31,914 bases of DNA, taken from the NCBI GenBank assembly GCA_023144895.1, contig JAGLEV010000011.1:1-31914 (forward strand), read 5' to 3'. Every line of letters begins with the position of its first letter. Within the stretch, counting starts at the first letter, position 1. A program made the position numbers and the translations under genes. The notes beneath the pieces were generated by a model, which did not search any database, had not been told where the DNA came from, and saw only the letters and a list, made by a program, of their open reading frames with translations. Below are positions 1 to 8,931 of this stretch, in pieces. The DNA is from Thiotrichaceae bacterium (GTDB lineage: Bacteria > Pseudomonadota > Gammaproteobacteria > Thiotrichales > Thiotrichaceae).

Positions 1-369
1 ATTGAAGGAATAGGTCGCTGTTCAGCGACTCTTTACTCATTGTGATGAGATGTTGCTATCATTTTTCAGTAGTTTACTGAAGTTAGCAGGCGTCTATTTT
101 TTGCTATAGCCATAGATGCTTTCACATTATTTAGGTTTTGCAAATACCGTGTGTAGGATGTAGTGCGTTAGGATTAAATTAGAGGGCTTGCCCTAAAAGT
201 ACTCAACTTCTTTAGCTATTCCTTCGTTTAAATATTTTAGTTTTCAATGAGATAAATATAAAATATTGGTGCAATAAAAACGAGGAAACCTTGTATAACA
301 ATATTTTTGCTGTTCTATAGGGAGTCAACTACACTATAAGTCTATTATAAATAATAACTTGAGGAAGCG

Positions 370-705
370 ATGTTAATCACAAATTTAGAAGTACTACCTA
401 ATCAGGAGATTATTAAACATTTAGGTCTAGTACAAGGTAGCTCAGTACGAACAAAACATGTCGGGCGAGATATTATGGCAACCTTAAAAAACTTATTTGG
501 TGGTGAACTAAAAGGTTATACCGAGTTATTACAAGAATCTCGAGCAGAAGCAATGGAGCGAATGGAGCAACAGGCTGTAGCAGTAGGAGCTAATGCTATT
601 TTAAATGTGCGCTTCTCTACTTCAAGCATTGCTCAGGGAGCGGCAGAAATTTATGTTTATGGTTCAGCAGTTATCGTAGAAGATATTGCTAGTCATAGGA
701 GGTAA
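370..705 (+). CDS. YbjQ/UPF0145 (DUF74) family protein
   Basis: 111 aa. The size and the conserved GG..G(Y/F)TELL ... ANAI(L/V)NVR..(Y/F)..G..A motifs are typical of the YbjQ family. A purine-rich RBS (GAGGAAG) lies upstream of the ATG. Confidence 0.8.
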   Translation: MLITNLEVLPNQEIIKHLGLVQGSSVRTKHVGRDIMATLKNLFGGELKGYTELLQESRAEAMERMEQQAVAVGANAILNVRFSTSSIAQGAAEIYVYGSAVIVEDIASHRR

Positions 706-711
706 GTATTT

Positions 712-1167
712 ATGTATGAGTTATTTTTTATTTTTATCTTGCTGATTATTAGCTATTTTATCGGCACACATAGAGAAAAAAAACACTATAAATCACTTAT
801 TTCAAGGGAAAAGGTACTCAATAGCTTACCCGCCATTTCAGTAAAAACACCTCCTAAAGATAAAGCCTATAATCAACAGCTAGTGATTGGTAATGTCACT
901 ATTTCAGTTGATTATTTTAAGCGTTTTTTAGCAACATTACATAATTTTTTTGGTGGTAGAGTCACTTCTTATGAAACCCTATTGGATCGTGCCCGACGTG
1001 AAGCTTTATTAAGGATGAAAGAAGCCGCATCACTTGAGAAGGCGAGTTTAGTTGTTAACGTAAAGTATGAGACAGTTGCTATCTATACAGGGCGAAGAAG
1101 AGCGATTGGTTCTGTCGAAATCTTGGCGTATGGAACAGCAATGATCCCATTAGATAATGAGGCTTAG
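712..1167 (+). CDS. Membrane-anchored YbjQ/UPF0145-domain paralog
   Basis: 151 aa. N-terminal hydrophobic helix (LFFIFILLIISYFIG), then a YbjQ-like domain (FFGGRVTSYETLLDRARREALLRMKEAA...VVNVKYE...AYGTAM). Starts 7 nt after the previous gene, so the two are likely co-transcribed. Confidence 0.7.
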   Translation: MYELFFIFILLIISYFIGTHREKKHYKSLISREKVLNSLPAISVKTPPKDKAYNQQLVIGNVTISVDYFKRFLATLHNFFGGRVTSYETLLDRARREALLRMKEAASLEKASLVVNVKYETVAIYTGRRRAIGSVEILAYGTAMIPLDNEA

Positions 1168-1170
1168 ATC

Positions 1171-2022
1171 ATGACGGATAAGCAACCTTTCTATAGCAAT
1201 CCATTGATTCCTGAGGGTATTAATACTTCAAAAGCTCACCCTGTTAAGACTTTCTTTAAGCTTCTCGTGTCCTTTATTTTGATTGTTGCCTTGACTGCTT
1301 GGGTGCTGGGTAAGTCGGGAGGCTATTTATTTTCATTGATTCCTTTTGAGCGAGAAATTGAACTGGCAGAATTATACCCAGAAGATTTAGAGCCAGAAGA
1401 ATCGAAGATGCAGGCTTATCTAGAAAAGCTTGTTGGGAAAATAGAGCAAGCAATGGATATCCCCAACAACATGCCGATTCATGTGCATTATGTGAATGAT
1501 TCGACTCAAAATGCTTTTGCAACATTGGGAGGTCATCTATTTATACATAGAGGATTGCTCAATAAATTAAGCAATGAAAATACCATTACCATGTTATTAG
1601 CTCATGAAGTAGCACATGTTAAGCACCGTGATCCAATCCGCTCACTGGGTCAGGAATTGGCAATATCAACAGGAATGGCACTACTATTAGGGCAATCAGA
1701 TATTAAGTTATTAGGTGAAGCGGGTTTATACACTAGCTTGAAATTTAGCCGTGAAATGGAATTATCTTGTGATAAAGAAGCAGTGAATGCACTGGTTAAA
1801 ATTTATGGTCATGCTAATGGAGCGAGTGAGTTGTTTAATATCTTATCCACTCTCGGTGATGATGAGCTGATTACAAAGCCTGATTTTTTTGTTACTCATC
1901 CACAGGAGGAGAGCCGCTTGGGGCAGATTTCTCGCCTTATTACTCAAAAAAACTGGTCAGAAACTGGCAATACTCAAGCACTACCTAAAGCATTTAGAAC
2001 ATGGATGATGATAAAGGAATAA
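1171..2022 (+). CDS. M48-family Zn metallopeptidase (HtpX/Ste24-like)
   Basis: 283 aa. N-terminal TM segment and the HExxH motif (LLAHEVAHVKHRD), with a downstream E in 'ELSCDKEA' as candidate third ligand. Follows the YbjQ pair after a 3-nt gap. Confidence 0.75.
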   Translation: MTDKQPFYSNPLIPEGINTSKAHPVKTFFKLLVSFILIVALTAWVLGKSGGYLFSLIPFEREIELAELYPEDLEPEESKMQAYLEKLVGKIEQAMDIPNNMPIHVHYVNDSTQNAFATLGGHLFIHRGLLNKLSNENTITMLLAHEVAHVKHRDPIRSLGQELAISTGMALLLGQSDIKLLGEAGLYTSLKFSREMELSCDKEAVNALVKIYGHANGASELFNILSTLGDDELITKPDFFVTHPQEESRLGQISRLITQKNWSETGNTQALPKAFRTWMMIKE

Positions 2023-2078
2023 GCGATACCGCCTATTTTCTGATAGGATAATTTCTAGTAAATTTATGAGTAGATTGA

Positions 2079-2912
2079 ATGAAAAATATTTTAGTAACAG
2101 GCTGTTCCAGTGGTATTGGTTATTGTGTTGCATTGCGTTTGAAGGAGCGGGGCTATAAAGTTTATGCTACTGCACGTAACGAAGATGACTTACAGCGTTT
2201 ACGTGATAAAGGTCTTGTTGCAATGCCGCTAGATTATGCTGATCCAGAGAGTGTAGATGATTTAGCCAATGAGCTAATGTTGCGTACTAATAATGATATC
2301 TATGCTGTTTTTCATAATGGTGCTTATGGTCAGCCAGGTGCGGTTGAGGATTTAAGTCGTGCTGTGATAGAAGAGCAATTTGCCAGCAATGTGTTTGGCT
2401 GGATTCAATTAACCAATCGTTTAATTCCTCTAATGCGTCATGTCAACGCTGGGCGAATTATCTTTAATAGCTCGGTACTGGGTTTGATTAGCTTACCCTA
2501 TCGTGGTGCCTATAATGCGAGTAAATATGCGATTGAGGGCTTTGCTGACACCTTGCGATTGGAGTTGATGAATACAAACATTCGTGTTTCTTTGATTGAG
2601 CCAGGGCCAATAGAAAGTCGCTTTCGTGCAAATGGTTTGATTAAGTTTAAACAGCATATTGATACAGAAGGGAGCTTCCATCACCAACAATATAAGACAC
2701 AGTTAGCACGTTTAGAGGAGGAGGGGGTTGCAGTACCTTTTACCCTGCCTCCAGAAGCTGTTGCTAAGAAAGTAGAACATGCTTTATCTAGCTCAAGACC
2801 TCGTGTACATTATTATGTCACTTTTCCAACCTATTTATTTGCTACTTTAAAGCGAATACTGCCAGCAAGTTGGTTAGATCGTCTTTTATTGAAAGTAGCA
2901 GGTGATAAATGA
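2079..2912 (+). CDS. Short-chain dehydrogenase/reductase (SDR) family oxidoreductase
   Basis: 277 aa. N-terminal Rossmann motif TGCSSGIGYCVA, NSS...YNASKYAIEGF (catalytic S-Y-x3-K), and PGPIESRF. Confidence 0.85.
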   Translation: MKNILVTGCSSGIGYCVALRLKERGYKVYATARNEDDLQRLRDKGLVAMPLDYADPESVDDLANELMLRTNNDIYAVFHNGAYGQPGAVEDLSRAVIEEQFASNVFGWIQLTNRLIPLMRHVNAGRIIFNSSVLGLISLPYRGAYNASKYAIEGFADTLRLELMNTNIRVSLIEPGPIESRFRANGLIKFKQHIDTEGSFHHQQYKTQLARLEEEGVAVPFTLPPEAVAKKVEHALSSSRPRVHYYVTFPTYLFATLKRILPASWLDRLLLKVAGDK

Positions 2913-3346
2913 TTGAGTATTTGTTTTTTAATAAGAAAATCAGTAAGCTTTTTACCCAGATCGTGCAGGAAAAAGGAATTGTTTGGCAGCAAGATCATGA
3001 AGCGGTACAAGATGCTATTATTATAAAAATTCCTGAAGATGAAATCAGTGATGAACTTTGGGATGAGCTTGATAAGCGTTATGATGAGTTAAGTGATCAA
3101 GATCAGCACTTATTGGAACAGGAAGAAGCGCTAGGGGATGACCAGAGTGCAGCAGGTATTTATTTACAATTAGCGAATGGCAAACAAACGATTGCGAAAG
3201 TTGATCCTGCGATTATGAATCGCATTTTAGGTGTATTGAGCATTGAAGAGTTTAATGAGTTTCTAGAAGTGATTGTGAGTAGTGTAGAAAATCCTGATGA
3301 TACAGCGATTTGCCAAAACTCTCTTATTGATTCAACTGAAAAGTAA
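2909..3346 (+). CDS. Hypothetical acidic protein (Asp/Glu-rich)
   Basis: 145 aa. Its start overlaps the SDR stop (ATGA at 2909-2912), suggesting translational coupling. I recognise no family. Confidence 0.4.
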   Translation: MIEYLFFNKKISKLFTQIVQEKGIVWQQDHEAVQDAIIIKIPEDEISDELWDELDKRYDELSDQDQHLLEQEEALGDDQSAAGIYLQLANGKQTIAKVDPAIMNRILGVLSIEEFNEFLEVIVSSVENPDDTAICQNSLIDSTEK

Positions 3347-3842
3347 TATCCATTGCTGTGCTGATAATCTGATGATCAATAAGCCAAGCTTTTGCATCTT
3401 CAGCATCATGTAAAAACCATTGTTGTGCTGAACCTAGTCGAAAGCTATATCCCCAAGTATCCATATCATCCATCATACGTTGGCTACTAAAACCTTCTAG
3501 CCTATTGGCTAACAATATCTGTAAATAACACACCGCATTTTCTTCGTCATAATCCCCACCAGCGTTGGTATCAAGGGCATCACGGCGTTGTTTGTCCATG
3601 CAGACATAGTGACAGGCTTCATGAAATAAAGAGTGTAAGGGGGTATTGTTACGGATATATAAGCGATTAGCAATTAAGCCTGCTTCAGAGTCACCCCAAA
3701 AACTACCAGGAATGACATCATTATTATGATCACTAACGATAATACTGAGTTGATATTGACCCCAGAAGGACTGGAGTCTTTGATGGGGTATTTGCTCACA
3801 GAGTAAAACATTCTGTGAGCGGATATTATCTTGATGATCCAT
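3324..3842 (-). CDS. Hypothetical protein with HExxH motif (possible small Zn-metallopeptidase-like protein)
   Basis: 172 aa. Contains 'LFHEACHYVCM' (HExxH). Sits immediately downstream of the BY-kinase gene on the same strand with an 8-nt gap. No family assigned. Confidence 0.4.
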   Translation of the reverse strand: MDHQDNIRSQNVLLCEQIPHQRLQSFWGQYQLSIIVSDHNNDVIPGSFWGDSEAGLIANRLYIRNNTPLHSLFHEACHYVCMDKQRRDALDTNAGGDYDEENAVCYLQILLANRLEGFSSQRMMDDMDTWGYSFRLGSAQQWFLHDAEDAKAWLIDHQIISTAMDITFQLNQ

Positions 3843-3850
3843 TAAGGCTT

Positions 3851-5977
3851 TTATTGACCATAATGTAAATAGTTTTTACCTGTATCACGCATCAGAGCAC
3901 GATTGAGTAAAGTACCAATCACATTAGCTTTTGCTTGTCTTAGGCGTTTTAAACTATTGAGTACCGCATTCTTCTCAGTAGACTCAGCGCGTATAGTGAG
4001 CAGTGTTGCTTCTGCAATATTTGCAAGTACTAGTGCATCTGCCATGCCAAGCGTTGGAGGGCCATCAATAATGATATGGTCATAGCTATGTTCCGCACTT
4101 TCTATCAATGCTTTTGTTCTATCACCTGAAAGTAAGTCAACAGGATCAGGAGGAATAGGACCCGCTGCAATGACATGAAGCCCTAAGATTGCAGAATGCT
4201 GAGTAATATCCATTGCATCACTATTACCACTAAGGTAATTACTGAGTCCCACTTTATTATTCATACCAAAGATAGCGTGAATGGATGGCTTGCGTAAATC
4301 AGCATCAATTAATAACACCTTCTTACCTGAGTTGACATAAGCTGCCGCAAGGTTAATTGCAATACTGGTTTTACCTTCCGATGCGACTGCACTAGTAAAG
4401 AACAGGGTTTTTGGTGAACCATTTTTAGTAGAAAAGCGCAAAGTTGTACGTAATGAGCGAATAGATTCGGAGAGCGGGGAGCGAGGTTCCTTAATAATTT
4501 GCTGAGCAATACGTGTTCTTGTTGCACCTTTTTGTAAAGGAATAAGTCCCAGTAATGGTAGATTAGTGAAGCGTTCAACATCCTCAGCTTTTTTAAAGCT
4601 ATCATCGACAAATTCACGTAAGAAAATAAGACCAATACCTAAAAGAAAACCAACCACCGTACCGAACATTACGTTAGTTTTAACTTTGGGTTTAAATTTA
4701 TTCGTTGGTATGAGCGCTCTATCAACAATCGTTACATTATTGGTATTTAGGTCGCTAGAAATACCAATCTTCTCCATGCGCTCAACGAGCCCTTGATAGA
4801 TCGACTGATTTGCATGAACCTCACGCTTTAAACCTTCAAATATTTGAATGGATTTTTGATTGACCAGACTTTTTTCTTGCAAGTTTTTAAGGTGTTTATT
4901 GATAGAAATTTCATTGCCTTGTGCCGCCTTAAGTTTACTACTTAATGTGACTTGGTATCGCTTTGCTTCTCTGCGGATTTTACCACGAGCTAGCTCAATT
5001 TTCTTTGTAAGATTACGACCAGCACGGCGTTTATGTAATTTTCTATGCTCTAAATCACGATAACTATCTTCAAGGAGAGTGAGCTTATCTTTTAGAGCAA
5101 TAATTTTAGGCGTATCAAGCATCATTGAAGGATCAGGGCTTTTTGCCGCAAGCGTTAGGCGATGAGTTTCATTTTCTAATTCGATGCGTTTACGTTCAAC
5201 TTTTACCAGCTCATCTTGTAGAGACTTCATTAAATGTGTTGACGTTGTCTCATTATTATCAAGTACGATAATATTATTTTCTTGCGCAAACTTATTGAGT
5301 GCATTTTCTGAGCTACTGAGACGTTCTCTACCATTATCCATCTGCTTTTGTAGGAAATCTTTTGTTTGCTGAGTATTATCAAATTCACGTTTAAGCTGTG
5401 AAGTAATATATTCTTCTGCAAGTGCATTAACAATTCTTTGTGATAGTTCAGCATTTTGTGATTCATAGTTAATCGATAAGAGCTGAGAGGTGTTTAGAGG
5501 TGTTATCGATAAACCTTTAAGGAAGATGTCTTCAGGAGTAGGGGGTGCTGAGCGAATAAAAGAGAGGAGACCTGGTTTTGATTGAAAATGATCACGTATA
5601 CCCAGTTTCTTCATGACACTAACAGCCAATGTCCTGCTTTGTAGTAACTGTACCTGTGTTTGCCAATAATCACGTTCATTACGACGTTGTGCTGTTTGTT
5701 CAATCAGTATGTCGGCTGCAGCGGTTGCTTGACGTGCAATTTGAATCGTTGTCGTTGCCCTATAAATGGGTGTCATAAGGAAAGTAATAAGCAAAGACAG
5801 AATCAACCCCGCTAGGGTGATTATCATAAGAAGTTTTTTATTACTGGTGACAACACTCCAGAACTCTTTAATATTAATGCCTTTATTGGGTTCTAAAAGC
5901 TCATCAGGATAGAGGTTCTTTAATGCTTGATGACTCATTGTATCTTCAACTGTTTGCGAGTTAATTTTGTCACTCAT
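3851..5977 (-). CDS. wzc: Polysaccharide co-polymerase / tyrosine autokinase (Wzc/Ptk/ExoP family, BY-kinase)
   Basis: 708 aa. Two TM helices flank a long coiled-coil periplasmic region. C-terminal kinase has Walker A 'SEGKTSIAINLAAAYVNSGKKVLLIDADLRKPS', Walker B 'HIIIDGPPTLG' and a short C-terminal Tyr cluster (NYLHYGQ). Confidence 0.9.
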   Translation of the reverse strand: MSDKINSQTVEDTMSHQALKNLYPDELLEPNKGINIKEFWSVVTSNKKLLMIITLAGLILSLLITFLMTPIYRATTTIQIARQATAAADILIEQTAQRRNERDYWQTQVQLLQSRTLAVSVMKKLGIRDHFQSKPGLLSFIRSAPPTPEDIFLKGLSITPLNTSQLLSINYESQNAELSQRIVNALAEEYITSQLKREFDNTQQTKDFLQKQMDNGRERLSSSENALNKFAQENNIIVLDNNETTSTHLMKSLQDELVKVERKRIELENETHRLTLAAKSPDPSMMLDTPKIIALKDKLTLLEDSYRDLEHRKLHKRRAGRNLTKKIELARGKIRREAKRYQVTLSSKLKAAQGNEISINKHLKNLQEKSLVNQKSIQIFEGLKREVHANQSIYQGLVERMEKIGISSDLNTNNVTIVDRALIPTNKFKPKVKTNVMFGTVVGFLLGIGLIFLREFVDDSFKKAEDVERFTNLPLLGLIPLQKGATRTRIAQQIIKEPRSPLSESIRSLRTTLRFSTKNGSPKTLFFTSAVASEGKTSIAINLAAAYVNSGKKVLLIDADLRKPSIHAIFGMNNKVGLSNYLSGNSDAMDITQHSAILGLHVIAAGPIPPDPVDLLSGDRTKALIESAEHSYDHIIIDGPPTLGMADALVLANIAEATLLTIRAESTEKNAVLNSLKRLRQAKANVIGTLLNRALMRDTGKNYLHYGQ

Positions 5978-6529
5978 AGGTATCTTTCTTTTAATTTGTG
6001 CCTGAACTCACATTCAGGTTGTTAGTAGTATGCAGTATATAGTACTTTACTTTAAATTATTACTAGCACTTATAGAGCGTATTTTAGTAACGACAGACCC
6101 ATAAAATGGGAGGTCGAATTATAACAATAAACATAAAAGAGTCATTTGCTGACCTGACACAAGGAGGTATCCTGTGTTTTGCTATTATTCGGCATCCTTT
6201 CGGTGCTTTTGTAATGAATCGATTAAATCATACCCCTAGCATGCTTTAATGGAGAATACTAACAATTGCCTAATGTCATGGCAAGCCTGTTCCTTTTATG
6301 TTGGTTCTTATATAAATATAAGCTTGTTATGGAGCATAGTGTCTCACCCTATCTAAGTCTTAATTTTTATGCTGAAAGTTCAACATTCCCTGTTTTTATG
6401 TTGTAATAGGGAGAAATTAAGCGATAAGACATATAAGAGCATAGTAGTGCTTTATAGGATTTGGAATAGGGAATTGATACCAAGTGGAAATAAACTTGGT
6501 TTATTGGAGTGTAAGGCTTGGCATATAGC

Positions 6530-7210
6530 TTAATTCTTAGTCATTAGCTTTCGACAATGATCATACCAAATAGCAAATGTTGGATTATGTTTCTTTGCGT
6601 CATCAATTGGCCCTAGTGCATGAGATGAATATAAAACACCAAAAACACTGCAATCAATAAAATCAGCTTTCTCACCACCAAAAAACTGGCGACCCTGTAG
6701 CCCACTATCAACCCACTTATCAATTGCTTGAAGAAATTCCTTTTCAACATCAACGATATTATGTTTTAGCATAATTTTGCGTGATACTTTGGGCATAAAA
6801 ATAGCCCCTATAAACTGCGCTATTTTACGTTTAATGAAACCCATTTTGGTATTCTTAGTAATAATCTTAAAGTTACTAAAAGAGGTAAGAAAGTTAGGGT
6901 GAATTAACGGTGGCAGATAGTGTACTAAAATATTATCGATCCATAATACCCACTTAGTTGCGCCTTCTCCTTTGGGAAGTTTGCAATAATGTTGGTTAAT
7001 ATATTCAACAATACTGGCAGACTCGGTAATAACCTCATCATCATCGGTGAGAATAGGGACTTTCTTGTGATCAATAAAGTCAATTTCTTTCATACCTAGT
7101 GGTGACACCTCGACCACCTTATACTCCTGCTGAGTATAATTAAGTAAGGCTTTAACTTTCCAACAAAATGGACAAGAATCAAATTGATAGAGAGTTAACA
7201 TTAACGACAC
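6530..7210 (-). CDS. Glutaredoxin-2-like / GST-fold family protein
   Basis: 226 aa. N-terminal thioredoxin-fold with CPFC redox motif (LYQFDSCPFCWKVKALL...KKVPIL), resembling E. coli GrxB (CPYC), followed by a GST-C-like helical domain. The true start may be the second Met (about 7198). Confidence 0.6.
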   Translation of the reverse strand: MSLMLTLYQFDSCPFCWKVKALLNYTQQEYKVVEVSPLGMKEIDFIDHKKVPILTDDDEVITESASIVEYINQHYCKLPKGEGATKWVLWIDNILVHYLPPLIHPNFLTSFSNFKIITKNTKMGFIKRKIAQFIGAIFMPKVSRKIMLKHNIVDVEKEFLQAIDKWVDSGLQGRQFFGGEKADFIDCSVFGVLYSSHALGPIDDAKKHNPTFAIWYDHCRKLMTKN

Positions 7211-7360
7211 TCCGAGCGGTATTGATGTGAAAGAAAAGAGGATGATTTAAAATAGCCCTCTTCGAATAATTTACAGACAGTAATGATGGTATTGTACTTA
7301 AATAGTGGCAGAATGGAAGTTATAGCCTTCGTGAATACAAAAATGAGTCTTAACTAAGCA

Positions 7361-7999
7361 ATGGAAATAGAAGAAACCACTTCTTTATTACAAAATCTCT
7401 ACTGGATCACCTTTCTGGCAGTGATTGTTTCATCTGCATCAGGTGTGTTAAAAGCAGGCTTGAAACAGTTTGACTTATTTGGTGTCATTATTATTGCGGT
7501 TGCGACAGGCTTAGGTGGTGGCTCATTACGGGATTTGTTACTTGATAGGGAGGTATTCTGGATTAATGACCAAATATTCTTTATTGCATCATTAGGTAGC
7601 GCTCTTTCAATCTTTTTAATCGCACGATTTATTACTATTCCTCCTCGATATTTTTTAATTGCAGATGCCGCAGGTCTAGCAACTTTTGGTATTGCGGGGA
7701 CTTTGGTCGCACTTGTCATGGGTGCTCCTGCTTTAATTGCGAGCTTTATGGGGGTGATGACAGGAACAATGGGCGGCATATTTCGAGATGTTCTTTGTAA
7801 TGAAGAGCCTGTTGTCTTCCATAGCCCATTATATGCAACAGTTTCATGGGGTGGTTCTTTAGTCTTTGTTGGTATGGTTTATTTAGATGTCGATATTACT
7901 ATTGCAGCATTAATTGCAGGCTGTGGAATGTTTGTTTCGCGGATGATTGCTATTTATTATGATATTAGTTTGCCTAAATTTCGATTTAAGTCGGGCTAA
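7361..7999 (+). CDS. UPF0126 (YicG/YadS-like, TRIC-related) glycine-rich inner-membrane protein
   Basis: 212 aa. About 7 TM helices with two repeated Gly-rich motifs (GLGGGSLRDLL and GTMGGIFRDVL), typical of the duplicated UPF0126 domain. Confidence 0.6.
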   Translation: MEIEETTSLLQNLYWITFLAVIVSSASGVLKAGLKQFDLFGVIIIAVATGLGGGSLRDLLLDREVFWINDQIFFIASLGSALSIFLIARFITIPPRYFLIADAAGLATFGIAGTLVALVMGAPALIASFMGVMTGTMGGIFRDVLCNEEPVVFHSPLYATVSWGGSLVFVGMVYLDVDITIAALIAGCGMFVSRMIAIYYDISLPKFRFKSG

Positions 8000-8105
8000 A
8001 CACACATAACGAAGTATTTGTTTTCTGGCATAGTCGCGATGCTCTATTTTGCTACAAAATAAACCTGCGTTATGCGCAACTTAATAGGGTGTTAGATTCA
8101 AAAGA

Positions 8106-8363
8106 TCAATCGTAGTGGTAACGACATTGAGCAATAAGTACTTCATCATCTGCTACTGTGTAAACTAATCTGTGTTCTCTTGTGATTCTACGCGACCAGA
8201 AACCACTCCAGTTGTGTTTTAGGGGTTCAGGGCTACCAGTTCCCTCAAAGGGAGTTCTTTTGATTTCTTTGATCAGTGAGTTTATCTTTTTTAAATTTTT
8301 TTTATCGTTCGTTTGCCAATGGAGATAATCTTCCCAAGCTTGGTCTGCAAAAATAGGCTTCAT
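8106..8363 (-). CDS. yoeB: YoeB/Txe-family mRNA interferase toxin
   Basis: From MKPIF: 'AWEDYLHWQ...KKIN.LIKE..RTPFEG.G.PEPLKHN.SGFWSRRIT.EHRLVY.V.DD...IA.CRYHY', a near-canonical YoeB sequence. Start at the second Met, by alignment to E. coli YoeB. Confidence 0.9.
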   Translation of the reverse strand: MKPIFADQAWEDYLHWQTNDKKNLKKINSLIKEIKRTPFEGTGSPEPLKHNWSGFWSRRITREHRLVYTVADDEVLIAQCRYHYD

Positions 8364-8364
8364 C

Positions 8365-8625
8365 CTACTGTTTCTCTTCAATAAGCTGTTTTTCTAACCC
8401 ACCTTTATTTCTTAAGGATGAAATAGCATCATTGAGTCGCTTGGCATTTGCTGTACTCCCCATAAGGTGCATGGTTTCTAAGAAAGAATTGTAATCTTCT
8501 AATGAAAGTAAAACAGTAGGTTTAGAAGAGCCTCTTGTAATAACTATTGGATCATGGTCTTCTGATACCTTATCAAGCATGTGGGCTAGGTTTTGTCTTA
8601 ACTCTGTATATGTAGAGGTTCTCAT
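8365..8625 (-). CDS. yefM: YefM/Phd-family antitoxin
   Basis: 'MRTSTYTELRQNL...DHDPIVITR....PTVLLSLEDYNSFLET.HL..S.ANA.RL.D.I', a close YefM match. The start is chosen at the internal Met, since the longer ORF adds a non-homologous 20 aa. One nucleotide separates it from yoeB. Confidence 0.9.
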   Translation of the reverse strand: MRTSTYTELRQNLAHMLDKVSEDHDPIVITRGSSKPTVLLSLEDYNSFLETMHLMGSTANAKRLNDAISSLRNKGGLEKQLIEEKQ

Positions 8626-8660
8626 AATTTTTCTATCTGTGAATGAATGTGGATAGTTAT

Positions 8661-8682
8661 ACGTGTACTTATATGAGTACGT
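8661..8682 (-). promoter_or_regulatory. Inverted repeat with TGTAC half-sites upstream of yefM (candidate autoregulatory operator)
   Basis: ACGTGTACT-tatatg-AGTACGT sits about 40 nt upstream of the yefM start. The E. coli YefM-YoeB operator is built on TGTACA palindromes. Confidence 0.3.
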
Positions 8683-8931
8683 CAATTTATTTTAGTTCGA
8701 GTTGTAAATCTGATGAAAGGTAGTAAAATAAATCTAATTAGGTGGCTATGCTATTTGAATTAGGCAGAAGCTGTATAACTTGAATAGCATAGTCACTTGA
8801 GAAATAGATTTTAGTAAAATCAATTAGTTATAACTTTGGCTGTACTAGCTGAGTTATATAGAAGCTGTCTAGTAAACTGTTAGGTAGCATTAGATGAAGA
8901 TAACCCCGAGTATTTACTTAAAGCAGGGGAA

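Noticed and set aside
1274-1525. 83-aa ORF on the minus strand inside the M48 peptidase gene; similar antisense ORFs at 2493-2690, 3903-4085, 4309-4635, 4566-4796, 4860-5063, 5184-5372, 5230-5466
   Set aside because: All lie wholly inside well-supported longer genes on the opposite strand or in another frame. They have low-complexity or odd composition and no RBS context, so they are typical spurious overlapping ORFs.
6001-6250. Strong SD (AAGGAGG) plus a GTG-initiated 22-codon Cys-containing mini-ORF and short stems in the long leader upstream of wzc
   Set aside because: It is on the strand opposite to wzc, has no conservation evidence and has only short imperfect stems. It could be a small peptide or sRNA, but that is not supportable from sequence alone.
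7399-7779. 126-aa minus-strand ORF overlapping the UPF0126 membrane protein gene
   Set aside because: The plus-strand product has coherent TM topology and duplicated Gly-rich UPF0126 motifs. The antisense ORF is Pro/Ala/Ile-rich, as expected from reading a membrane-protein gene backwards.
8365-8685. Longer 106-aa form of the yefM ORF
   Set aside because: The first 20 codons (MTYSYKYTYNYPHSFTDRKI) are not part of YefM family proteins. They run across the likely operator palindrome, and the internal Met gives a textbook-length antitoxin.
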